This document shows, one piece after another, positions 1-11,300 of a stretch of DNA of 20,000 bases. Each line of letters opens with the position of its first letter. Within the stretch, counting starts at the first letter, position 1. Origin of the DNA: an uncultured virus (IMG/VR IMGVR_UViG_3300032291_000723) (Duplodnaviria; Heunggongvirae; Uroviricota; Caudoviricetes); the IMG/VR virus record IMGVR_UViG_3300032291_000723. One strand, 5' to 3'. A program made the translations under genes and the position numbers. The notes under the pieces are model-generated. The model made no database searches and had not been told where the DNA came from. It saw only the letters and a list, made by a program, of their open reading frames with translations.

Positions 1-1005
1 GCCAAAGGCAATATCTCCACAAACGATACAGGCAATGAGAAGTTAATCGACTCTCAGGATATCTCAAAGATTAAGAATGCAACTCAGATTGCAAACGACA
101 TGTATCCAGACCACGCTGCAAAGCGGTTTGACTACTGGAAGAAGTCGGTATCTTTGGATGGCATGTCTAACAATGCTCGTAACGAGTACTGGAAGACTTA
201 TGAAAAGATGCATCCCCGTGGTCTTGATGGGGCCAAGAGTGATTTTATTAATGTTACTCTTAATGAAGTAGGTCTTGTCAACGGAGTCTCCAACAAGGAG
301 TTCCTGTTGCGGGATCGTATCTCTAACTCCCCACCTTGGGCCAATGATGTCCTCGGCTCAGAGCTTGCAAAGTATTCCACTGTGGTTGCCAATGCCAACA
401 TGAGCAAGGCCAGCCAAGTCTACGGCAAGTCTCTGCAGGATAAGATCAATCGCTTTGTGCATAGCGCAAGCCTTGATCCCGATGTCTCTGTAGATCAGCA
501 CACTTCAGACTTCCTTCGTATGGAACAACTAAATCTGTTTGATGTTGCCTCGGTCAGCAATGGCCGTATTGGCGCACACGATCAGTCTGGTCAGTTTGTT
601 CCCGGCTTTGCTATTGCAGACCGTAAGCAAATCTTCCCAAAGGATTTCTATGGAACTCCATCAGTTGCTGAGCAGGTTATTGTACGAGATACTGCAACCA
701 AGCCAATCAAGGATGCAGTCGAAACAAGAATCATTAATCAGCGCAGCTCTATTTCCCGTCAGGAAAGACTGTCCGCCATGGAAGCCACAAAGCTTTTGGA
801 GGCAGGTCATTACCCAATGGATCGTTGGGGCGAGGCGTTCTCAATCAATCCAGAGGCTAGCAAGGAAGATCAGATTTCCCGTGGTTTAAAGGGAGAGATT
901 GCCGCTGGTCGGATTAAGTCTAATAAGGATTTAATTGAAGGAATCTATACTGCAATGACAAAGTTCCCAACAATGTTTGGAGATTTAAATAATGGCGGAA
1001 GTTAA
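1..1005 (+). CDS. 5'-truncated phage protein, probable virion/internal virion protein
   Basis: Frame 1 is open from base 1 (AKGNISTNDTGNEK...) through the ATG at 100 to TAA at 1003-1005, so the true start lies upstream of the window. It overlaps the next gene by 14 nt. Function is inferred only from position. Confidence 0.7.
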   Translation, partial: AKGNISTNDTGNEKLIDSQDISKIKNATQIANDMYPDHAAKRFDYWKKSVSLDGMSNNARNEYWKTYEKMHPRGLDGAKSDFINVTLNEVGLVNGVSNKEFLLRDRISNSPPWANDVLGSELAKYSTVVANANMSKASQVYGKSLQDKINRFVHSASLDPDVSVDQHTSDFLRMEQLNLFDVASVSNGRIGAHDQSGQFVPGFAIADRKQIFPKDFYGTPSVAEQVIVRDTATKPIKDAVETRIINQRSSISRQERLSAMEATKLLEAGHYPMDRWGEAFSINPEASKEDQISRGLKGEIAAGRIKSNKDLIEGIYTAMTKFPTMFGDLNNGGS

Positions 1006-4000
1006 AAATGAACTTAGTAAATTACTAGGCCAGAGAGGCTTAGATCCACTACAGCAAACTATATATGAACAGGGACCAAAGAATTCTTTTGTTGCCCCTG
1101 AAGTACAGAATGTATATCAAGAAGGTAAAGTATACTTCCCTTCTCCACAAGTTCAAGTAGAGAGTAGCGATGTTGCATGGTACAAGCTCGGTGAGTTTGC
1201 TTTTGATGCAGCCTTGAAGACATTCACAAATGTTCAAGACTATCTAATTGAAACAAAGCAAAACGGTATAGTTGATGCCAAAGATCAGGCGCAGACTGCG
1301 CTTTTTGATCTGGAGAGTAAGCTTAGCACCGAAAGCTATAACGCTGGTGCTCAGAAGAGAGAGAAGCAAGCAGCCCTTATCGAAGATATGCAAGCTGAAG
1401 CTAATCTCATTCGGCAAACATATGCTGACAAAGTAAAGAATGTTTTAGGTGATGATCATGATTTACTCCTGAATCCAAACCTAGACATGAACACTCTTGG
1501 TCTCAAGTATCAGAAGCTTGCTCTAACTAGCAGAGGAAGCGATAGAGATATTAGCCGTACAGCCAATCGAATGCTGTATCAACTTGAGCGTGTGAACAAA
1601 AACACCGAACAAGTCAATGATATGTCCAAGGCATGGATGGCTGGTGCTGGTATTACAAAAGATAATATTTCTGCATTTCAGACAGGCCTTGCTCCTATCC
1701 CAATGAATAATGGCGTTCCTGTCATTGGAGTTGATGTGCAGCCAAATGGCTCCTTTAAAATGAAGACAGCCGTTATTGATAATATAGAAGTTTCGTTGTT
1801 AATTAAACATGAAGGACAAGAAGGCTACTTCTTAAACTTACAAGCTATTGATGCAGCAAGTTGGGATGATCTACAGGGACTAGTATTACTAGATCAGAAG
1901 AACAGCTACTTAGCAAGTCCCGCTGCTAAGCAGTTTACCAAGACAACCGAAGATATCTTAACTAATGTAGCCAATACTGAAGGCTCTGCTATGAGCACAG
2001 GTATGTCTGCGTATGCTGGCCAAGTCTTAGCACAGTTTCCAGACTCCATAGCAGAACGAATGATCAATGGTCTGAGTGGATTAGGTACTGATGTTATTAC
2101 CAAAGAAGGTGCGCGTATGAAGCTAATGATGCTTCGTGATGCGGCTATTCAGAGGATGCCTATTGAGCAAATCAATACCCTCACAGCAATGTCTAACCAG
2201 TCTCTTGGCCAATCTATTGATGGTCTGCGTAAGTTACAAGCATCTAGTGGTGGTTTAATATATGGAAATATCAGAGAAACTGGAAGAATGGATGAGCTTA
2301 ATTTAGAAGCTGATGCAATCTTGAAAGTAATTGCTGGTATTAATCCAGAAGAACCACTACTCAAGCAGGACTTTAAGTTCAAGCCTGATTCTACAGGTAG
2401 CGGCTTTACTACTGCTAATCCTAACAACGCTATTATATTATCTCACTTCTTGCAAAAGAATCCCGGACTAATGCCAGTCGTTGCTCGGGTAATGGCTACA
2501 GCCAAAGACAATAGCGCACTATATACAAATGCAGATGGTACTATAGATCCAGCAAAGCGTTCTGCTCTACTTGGTAAGCTTCTGCATGAACAAGTTAATT
2601 CATCTAATTATGTTAACCTAGGTGCTCAGGCCGATGGTACGCCAACCTATGTTTATAATCCCGGCTTGATGCATGTACAACAAGGCATGTCTGAGTTAGC
2701 CAGAGACACACAAAAGACAGTCGGATGGCCTACTGCATTTAAAGATCCTAGCAAGCATCAGCAGGTCATGGCACAGACTGCATGGTTCTCTACAGACATT
2801 GGCAGCACATCTTCCAAAGCAAAAATCATGGAGATGTCTGCAGATCAGGCTTATGAAGCTGCTCGGTCTTTCATCCCAACTGCAGATAAAGATTTATTTG
2901 TTAAGGGATGGGAAGCAATGCAAGCCGTTCAGGATGATCCTGAGTACGGCTATCGCAGTGCAAGTCTACCTCCAATGGCTATGCTATACAGACTAGCCTT
3001 GGCTGCTACTCCTACTGTTCAGGAAAAGTCTGGTGCTTTTGCTATGTTTAGCGTAGCATCACCAGAGCAGCGAGAGCAAGCCATGAAGCGTATCATGGAT
3101 GACTTCCCCCTAGAAGTTGATCCTACTACTGGTTTTATGCCCGGTATTTCCATTGACATTGACACAGGTGCTTCTAGCCTTGACTTCATTGGTGCTACCA
3201 ATGGTGGCATTCCTATTGCCATTACGGGCATTAAAGGAAAGTCTGGTATTGATTATATGGACGCTACTTACTCTATCTCAAGTAGAGTCAATGGCCGTGT
3301 AATTCCTAAAGGCAGCGATGGTATGCCATCTCTAATGATTCATGCTAGCTCAGTCAATGATAAGAACCCTGAGTTCTCTTCTAATCTGAAGAGACTGGGC
3401 AGTGCTTATCGTGGAAACTTGGATATGTCCATTGCAACCAATCAAGACATGCCAAACGGAAACAGCCTTAATATTCGATCTGAAGAAATTCAGAATGTTA
3501 TTAGTGCAACTACCACTCCATACCTACCAAAGAAAGCACAGGCAATTTTTGGTAACATTCTAATTGATCAACCACTAGTTAATGCAGAGACAGCTATTGC
3601 TTCTTTAAGCCGAAATGGTGTTGCTCTGCGTGAAGTGGTTGATAGTGATCCTCAGTTGAGCAAGGTAAAGAAGTTAATGTATGAAGTTGCAGATATCAAT
3701 GGCAGAGGACCAGCTACGGTGGATAACCGTGTGCTCTTTAGCCCAGAAAATCTACAGCGTCTATATACGCAAGCAGTGGCCCGTGGAGCAAAGACACAAG
3801 GAGACTTTGTTGGCTTTGTGTTAGGAACAATGAAGACATTCCAAGAGAACAAGGCATCTCTAAAAGAGAGAGACTTTGTTGCTCAGAATCAAACCAACTC
3901 CGACACTACGCAAGACATTGTAATGCAGGGTGAAGAGCAAGGACGAATCCTTTGGAAGCCAAGCTCTCCTAGGTTCTTTGACTTTGTTACTGATCAAGCC

Positions 4001-5353
4001 CGACAAGGCAAGACAGTATACTCTGGTCCTGCTCCTGAAGATCCAGAGAACAAGACAGCATATTATGTTATGGATGCAGAGCAAGCTACTCAGCGTGGCT
4101 TGGCTGTTGCCATTGACGCTACCATGCTTCCTGATCTAGACGCCTCTCCCCGTGGTAAGTCACAGGCAAAGCGAAGACAGATTAACGCTACTCGGGATAT
4201 TCTATTCCCATCAAAACCACAAGCAGATACGATTTCTCTGACAGAGATAGGTAGACAATCAACTCTTCCCTCTAACATGCAGAAGCAGTTTCAGGAAGAC
4301 TTCAATGCCTTTGTGGCAAAGAATGATATCGGTGATTTTGTAGACCTTCCCTTTATTGATCTATCTGGTTATTATACCGACAACGGTAAGATGCCTGATG
4401 ATATCGCAAAGGTTCCTCAGAAGTATATCCTACCCGGACACAGTTCTACCAGACCATGGGTTGATCGGCGTGAGCGCAAGGATTCTTTTGGTCGTAAAAA
4501 CGAACTGGTTCAGAATGTAAAGGATACTACTAAGACAATCCAGACATCTGGGTTCTCTGATGAACAGCTGCGTCAAGCAGAGGAACAGCTAGGTTTCCCT
4601 GTTTATGTTCCCGGTAAGATAGCCAATGTTGCTATAGAAGGAACATCTTCAATACTCGGCGGTCTCTTTGGATTTGCTAAGACTGTTGACGATGCTTTGT
4701 CCAAGGGCATGACTCAGGCTGGTAATAACCTCAATGCAGATATTGAAAAGAATGCTATTGAAGTTCATAGACAGCAGACAATGGAACAATACAACAAAGA
4801 TCCTTATGCGTGGTACAACAAGGTCTTTGGTGGTGATGCATTAACCGCTCTCCGTAGAAACCCACCAAACAAAAATGAAGTTAAAGTTCCAGAAAAGTTC
4901 TTTAATTTTATTAATGCCGTGGTTGACTTTGGTGAGCCAATGGGTCCATCACCTTTCCATTACCTAGGCATTACTACAGATCGTCAAAAGAAGTTGATTA
5001 GCACAGGCTGGTCTACGCTAGAAACAGAATATCAAATTCGCCTAAATCTTAGTAATAAGTCAGATATACTTGCTGACATTCATGAGACTATTGATAATTT
5101 AGAACCAAATACTTTTCAACTTAGTTCCTCTGATAGCGTGGCATTTTCCAATAGCCTTTATCAAGCAACTAAAGACACTGACAATCCTCTTACAAAAGAA
5201 GAGGCAGAGTTCCTTGCAGCAACACCTGCATGGAGACCTGACTTAAAGAGAGCATATTTTAATCTGAGTTTATACCCAGATGGATATGTTGGTCACACTT
5301 ACAAAACAACCCGTGCATCCATTGTGGATGCATTGAGAAAGTTGTTGAAGTAA
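992..5353 (+). CDS. 1453-aa probable internal virion (ejection) protein, positional analogue of T7 gp15
   Basis: Long ORF with GGAG at 979-982 before the ATG. The N-terminus is helical and Q/A/K-rich. It lies directly upstream of the giant protein. No catalytic motif was recognised. Confidence 0.7.
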   Translation: MAEVKNELSKLLGQRGLDPLQQTIYEQGPKNSFVAPEVQNVYQEGKVYFPSPQVQVESSDVAWYKLGEFAFDAALKTFTNVQDYLIETKQNGIVDAKDQAQTALFDLESKLSTESYNAGAQKREKQAALIEDMQAEANLIRQTYADKVKNVLGDDHDLLLNPNLDMNTLGLKYQKLALTSRGSDRDISRTANRMLYQLERVNKNTEQVNDMSKAWMAGAGITKDNISAFQTGLAPIPMNNGVPVIGVDVQPNGSFKMKTAVIDNIEVSLLIKHEGQEGYFLNLQAIDAASWDDLQGLVLLDQKNSYLASPAAKQFTKTTEDILTNVANTEGSAMSTGMSAYAGQVLAQFPDSIAERMINGLSGLGTDVITKEGARMKLMMLRDAAIQRMPIEQINTLTAMSNQSLGQSIDGLRKLQASSGGLIYGNIRETGRMDELNLEADAILKVIAGINPEEPLLKQDFKFKPDSTGSGFTTANPNNAIILSHFLQKNPGLMPVVARVMATAKDNSALYTNADGTIDPAKRSALLGKLLHEQVNSSNYVNLGAQADGTPTYVYNPGLMHVQQGMSELARDTQKTVGWPTAFKDPSKHQQVMAQTAWFSTDIGSTSSKAKIMEMSADQAYEAARSFIPTADKDLFVKGWEAMQAVQDDPEYGYRSASLPPMAMLYRLALAATPTVQEKSGAFAMFSVASPEQREQAMKRIMDDFPLEVDPTTGFMPGISIDIDTGASSLDFIGATNGGIPIAITGIKGKSGIDYMDATYSISSRVNGRVIPKGSDGMPSLMIHASSVNDKNPEFSSNLKRLGSAYRGNLDMSIATNQDMPNGNSLNIRSEEIQNVISATTTPYLPKKAQAIFGNILIDQPLVNAETAIASLSRNGVALREVVDSDPQLSKVKKLMYEVADINGRGPATVDNRVLFSPENLQRLYTQAVARGAKTQGDFVGFVLGTMKTFQENKASLKERDFVAQNQTNSDTTQDIVMQGEEQGRILWKPSSPRFFDFVTDQARQGKTVYSGPAPEDPENKTAYYVMDAEQATQRGLAVAIDATMLPDLDASPRGKSQAKRRQINATRDILFPSKPQADTISLTEIGRQSTLPSNMQKQFQEDFNAFVAKNDIGDFVDLPFIDLSGYYTDNGKMPDDIAKVPQKYILPGHSSTRPWVDRRERKDSFGRKNELVQNVKDTTKTIQTSGFSDEQLRQAEEQLGFPVYVPGKIANVAIEGTSSILGGLFGFAKTVDDALSKGMTQAGNNLNADIEKNAIEVHRQQTMEQYNKDPYAWYNKVFGGDALTALRRNPPNKNEVKVPEKFFNFINAVVDFGEPMGPSPFHYLGITTDRQKKLISTGWSTLETEYQIRLNLSNKSDILADIHETIDNLEPNTFQLSSSDSVAFSNSLYQATKDTDNPLTKEEAEFLAATPAWRPDLKRAYFNLSLYPDGYVGHTYKTTRASIVDALRKLLK

Positions 5354-5390
5354 TCCTATTTATGGCGCATTGCTCCCAGAAAGGGTAATA

Positions 5391-8300
5391 ATGTTTGATT
5401 TTGCACAAGGCTTTCCAAGCCAACCTTCGCTGCCTACTTCCGGGCCGCTGAACTACCAAGCCGAAAAGTCAATCCAAGTTCGTGGATTTGGCGAGATGGG
5501 GTGGAACCCAGTAAACATGGTTGGCGGTATGCTCAACCAAGTAGTCGGTGATGATTATGTTCGCGTTCTTGATGCCTCTGGCCTACGCGATGGAATTAAC
5601 TGGACCCATGGTGAACTTCGCAAGGTAGCGGATAACCGTGAGTATGGAAATCTTGAATACTTCATTAATACCCTTAACGGTGGTAAGCAAAACGATGCAG
5701 CAGTTGGCTTGGGATGGGCCTTAGAATCCTCCCAAGCCATGCTGCTTCGTCAGATTCTAGGTAATAAGCCACTAGAGCCAGTGATGTTTGCTCCTAGTGA
5801 AATTACTCCAGAGATCATGGCCGCTGAAGAACAGGAACTAAAAGGACTATTATCGACTGATGGTGTCTCAGAAGAGAACCAGAAGCGAGTACAAGAAATT
5901 TCAAACAAGAAAGCTTATGTCGAATCAAAGACACAAGCTGACAAGAACCTAGGCTTTAACTGGTGGGATTGGTATAAGCAAACCAATGTGTTTAATGCTG
6001 CTTCCACCTTGGGAGTCAATGTTCTTGGTGATAAGGATATTATTGATACACTTACTGAGTATGATCCAAACTTTAAGTCAAACGATTGGTTTGATAATTT
6101 TGCTGCTGATCCAATTGTTAAGCAGGGTTTACTAGAAAACGGGATCACTGCAGATATTGTAGCTGAGTCACCAAATGCTGACCATGCTTTTATGCGTATT
6201 AGCCATATAATGTATGAGTCCAATACCCAAAAGAGAATGGGTACCTATAAGCCAACTAATTATGACTTTGTAAAGAACATGGGTTCAGGCTTAGTTAGTT
6301 TTATGGTGGATACCCCAACAGGTGCTACTATTATAACAGGAGCGGCTGTTACTACTGCAGCGTCAATTTTTAGCCCTGCTAACTTTGCTGCTGTAGGAGC
6401 CACTGCTTTAGGTGAAGCTGCTGTACTGGGAGAAAGCGCTGTTGCCACAAGCAGCACCATGACCTTCCTTAATGGAGCAAAGACACTAGGCGAAACTCTC
6501 TATAAGCTCCCACTTGGTATGGCTCCTCAGTGGATGGAAGGTACTACCCTTTTATCAATGACTGCAGCTAACATAGCTTCCGGTGCTATTCAAGGAACAA
6601 TCGGTTCTTACAATCAACAAGCCAATGAGATTTCCTTTGGTGCTGCTACCATGTATGTCAATCCCTCTGTTCGTAGAGAGATGGATTATGGTGAGGTAGC
6701 AATAGAAGCACTGTATTCCGGTGTGATGATGGGTGGTCTATTTGGTTTGGGTGGTGGTCTTTTACGCTCTGTAAAAGGCATGACTGATAACGGACTAAAG
6801 GGACTAATCATTGATCCAGTAACAGGCAAGCGCAATAGACTAGACCGTAGCTTTACTTTCCAAGATACGCCACTAGGTAATACACTCCAGATGCTTCATA
6901 TCAAGGACTACGAAAGAAGTCTCATTGACCTGAAGCCAGTTGATGTTGTGCGTAATGAAGCCATTATTGAGAAGACTGATCCCACTCCAGATCGCCTTGC
7001 TGCCGAGACAGAAGGCTACGCTGATAGAGCCGAGGCCAGAGAAGCGCTTAAGAATCCCGAGGCAGCAGAGGCTACCCCAGAGGATGTGGGCACTCGTAAG
7101 TATGAATCCGAAACAACAGAACAATATATTAATCGTGTGGCCCCAAGCCGCACTATCCGTAACCTACCTGAGCTGGTGACTGAGGTTGCCAGAAGAACAC
7201 AGGTAGAAGGTGGGCGTATGATTTCTTCCACAGAAGAGTATCATCAAATGACCCCACAGGATCAAGCAAGAACGCTGATCCGCACACAGGCTGTTCTTGA
7301 AGCGGCTAAGAGGGCCGAAGAGAAGGCTGTGGGTCTACCCAAGGAACGAGAGCGTGTCTTTGAGCAGTTAGAAGCTTCCCGCAAAGAAGCCTTACGCCGC
7401 ATTGGCAAGACTCTTACTCCAATTGAATTCAAGAGACTGAAGGCAGAACTTAAGGGCGATAAGCCCAAAGTAAAGGGCAGTCTGCCTGAGCTGCTTACTG
7501 TAGCCAATGACAAAGCAAAGCCAATCGCAGAACGAAAGGCTAATGCTGAAGAAGCCGCAGGACAAATCCTAGAGACAGCCCGTGCAGTTATTAAGAATCC
7601 TGATAAGGCTAAGGTAATCAAGTCAAAGGTTCCACAAGAAATTCTTGACAAGGTTGATGCTGTTGTTGTAGAAGAAGCTCTCACTGGTAGAGTCTCAGCA
7701 GAAACAGCAGAGGAAGTTAAGAGAAGTCTTTTAGCAGCCGAAGAACCTTTTACCTCTAGCCTTACCAAGCGTATTGAGCGAGCAGTAAAAGTCAATAGAC
7801 TCTCTCCTGATCGCGTCGCTAGAATCAATGCAATCAAAGAAGACCACACTCGTTTTGTGTCTCTAGTTAAGGGAAACAAGATGCGAGCACTGGCGCTGTA
7901 CAACCACATCCACGAAGGCGTAGTTACTGGTGTACTTACTGCAGAAGATCGTGTTCTTATCTTAGCTTCCGTATCACACCTTAACTTTGATCTTAAGGGT
8001 TTTGCGATGGAGTATGCATATAAGAACATGGACGATGTTAATGTTGCAGGTGAATACAATGCCAAAACAAGAGTACTCACACTAAACACTAAGTCTACAC
8101 CATCCAATAGAGCACATACAGTTCTCCATGAGATTGGACATGCTCTCTTCTCAAACGACATGCGTGGTGAAGTATATCTTGAGAATCTCAAGCTGTACAA
8201 CAGCATGCGCGAAGGTACTCCTCTTTCCAGTAAGGGTATTCAATTAATTGATCCTCTTACAGAAAACCTAGGCAAGTACCATCTTCAGAATGTTGAAGAG

Positions 8301-11300
8301 TCATTTGTTCAATTGTTCTCCAATGTAGTACTGGCAGAGACAGCACAGGTAATGACACCTGTGGAATCCACAATGGTCCGTAAGACTCTTGCTTTCATTG
8401 AGAAGGCAATCCTTAATGCAACCATTGCTCTGGATGAATCCAAGTATTACGAAAGAGCCAACGCTGTAATTAAGGCACTGACTGAAGTTGACAACAAGGT
8501 CATTCGCCAGAGCGTATCTGTGTCTAGCCTTCTCCGCGCTATTGCAAAGGCAGAAGAAGCAAGACCAAAGAATGTTGCTCAGTTTAACTATGAGATTGCA
8601 AAGAGTCTGGGTGCTCGGCATCCAGAAGTTGATAAGGCTGTAATTAGAGAAACTTTTACTGATGCTGAATATAAGATGTTGTTCAAGCAGGTAAACGATC
8701 CTACCTCACTAGCAGCTTTTGCTATTACCCGAGAAAGCGGTAAGCCAATCGTTGATGAAGCAGGACGCTTCACTGTACATGCTCCTAAGTTCTTTGAGGC
8801 TTACTCAGAGTACAAGAAGGCGCAGTACAACTCAGCTGCAACCCGCGTTGCATACATGCTACGATCAATGTCTTACAAGCTTCTAACTGGTATGACAAAA
8901 GAAGAACGAGAGAACTTCTTTACTTATGAAATGTTTGATATTAATGCTAAGCAAGAAAAGGGATCACCTTATGAGAAGTCTTTAAATGACAATCTATCGG
9001 CTACCTATGAGGACAACCACCTTGCCAGCATGAATCTTAATGGTGGTAACTATGCTACCGACTACCTAATGACTACAGCTGAATCCTTTGTGGAACTGCT
9101 GCAAGAAGATGGTATGAGTGATATTGCTCCATCGGCTATGACACTATCAGCCGCAGCGCGTGAAGCTCTTATCAGCCGCATTCAGGAAGATCCATATCTA
9201 TCAAAGCCAATCATGGAACAACTCCGTGAGCATTTTGATAAGGCTGGTCTTACAAAGTATTATCAGCGCGCCTTTGATACAATGCAGAAGAATCTAATCC
9301 TTCGCATGTATGAAGAAGGTGTGTTCAGCATGAATGACCTAAAGCTTGTCTGGGATACGCCAGAGTTCAAGCAGTACTTTGGGAATAGTAAGGTAGTGGA
9401 TAAAGATGGTAATCCATTGATTATGTATCATGGTACTGCTGCTAATAATGGATTTGTAATTTTTAGAACAAAAGACGGTGATTTTGGGTTATTTGGTAAG
9501 GGTGGTTATTTCACTAGTAATCCTAAAATTGCTAGTGAATATGCCGGAGTAAGGAATGGAGCAGCTAGAAGAGGCTATGAAGAACCGGGTTCTGTATATC
9601 CTGTTTACTTAAGCATTCAAAATCCTCTGGATATGGATGCTAAAGTAGTACTTATAGGCGAAAGAACAGATGCTACTTTTATTCCTGCATTAAAAAAGTT
9701 TAAACCAAATGAATCACAAAATGAAACTGTAAAACTCTATTTTGATTTAGCTACAGAAGAAGGTAGAGCTCGTTTAGAAGAGTACAATGCAATAGTTGAA
9801 TCTGCTCAAGAATATTTAAAAAATCGTACAGAATCAGAAGTAACTAACGAAGAGTTCTTTAGGTATATATTAGATGCATTTGAGCATTACATTGAAGATG
9901 GTTCTGAATTTGTACATGAGTTAACAGATGATATTTTAAGAGCCACAAGTCATGACGGAATTACTCATATGGGTGGAGGCAGAGTTAGAGCCGATGGTCC
10001 ACGCCATCGGGTATACATTGCTTTTGAACCTGAGCAAATCAAGTCTATCTGGAATGATGGTACTTTTAGTCGCACTAATCCAGACATCCGTAGAAGCATT
10101 AATCCAGAAGTATCTAAGAAGCGTGAGATGATTGGTGTTCTTCAGAAATTTATTGGTGATAAGAATACTTTTAATGCCATGCCACTTGAGCATCTACTCC
10201 GTAATGTAATGGGTTTAGAAGAAACTCTAGTTGTCAAGTATATGAACCTAGGCAAGTCTAATCCTTTTAAGGCTCTTCAGGCTCTGCAGATTGCAGTTAG
10301 TAAAGACCTAATTGAACATGATGGTGCTAACTGGATTCTAAAGGTACAACAAGTTGTACCTAATGAACCTGTCCAACCTAAGATGCTTTCTCCTAAAAAG
10401 GTAGCTATGGTTGAAACAAAAGCTAAGCTTGTTACTGCAAAGACACTAGATGCGGAGCTTATGAGATATGTTGAAGATAATAAGAGTGTTTCAAAAGAAA
10501 TAACAAGCGAAGCTTTACAAGAAGCTTTAGTTAATTTCTTTGATATTAATTCTCCTGAAAGAGCAGCCTTGTTAGCCCAAGTTGAAGACGGCATGACAAG
10601 CCAACAACTTGGTTATTATATAAGACGCACTGTAAAGAATAATATAATTAAAGAACAACGCGATCAAAATAAAAACCAAGGTGATGTTAAAAACGCTGAG
10701 CAAACTTCTAAGAAAAATAAAAAAAGTGAAGCTATTGATACTACAAAGCAACGGCAGTTAAATGCTAATGCTTATAAAGTAATGCAGGATATTCATGATC
10801 TTTTCCTAAAGAAAACTGAATCTTCTTTGTTTACTGATACTCAGATGCAAACTTTGCGAGTACTTACTATAAATAGAACAGTAAAGCTTGCAGATGGTAA
10901 AGAAGAATTAGCACCACCAACATTAGACGAAGCAGCTAAGCTTCTTGGTCTTAGTGGTAAGTCTGGTGTTTCTGAGCGCATTAAGTCAATGCAAAAGCGT
11001 CTTCAAAAGAAATTAGGACTTACTGATGAAACTGCTAGTATGCTGTTTGATCCTAATACTAAACTCACCAATAAATTAAAAACAGAGGTGATGTCTAATA
11101 TTGAAGAAGCAATGGAAAAGCTTAATGCGGCTGAAAAAGAAAAGCCTGCAGCTGTTAAAAAAGAATCTAAGGTTGAGCTAGAGCCAGCACTACCTCCTGC
11201 AGAAAAGCTAGTAGAAACAGGAAATCAAATCTTAGACACAATAAACCAAACAGCCAAGATGGAACAGAATGCTGATCCAGTTGCTGTACCTAAGACTGAA

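Noticed and set aside
1337..1348. YNAG motif suggesting a lytic transglycosylase in the 1453-aa protein
   Set aside because: The other SLT motifs (catalytic ES followed by GLMQ at the right spacing) are absent, and the context looks like a coiled coil.
5370..5390. TTG start for the giant ORF given in the ORF track
   Set aside because: No RBS precedes it, whereas the ATG at 5391 follows GAAAGGG at a normal spacing.
7262..8206. 314-aa minus-strand ORF and the other antisense or alternate-frame ORFs
   Set aside because: They are shadows of long + strand genes, Ser/Leu-rich and without recognisable motifs.
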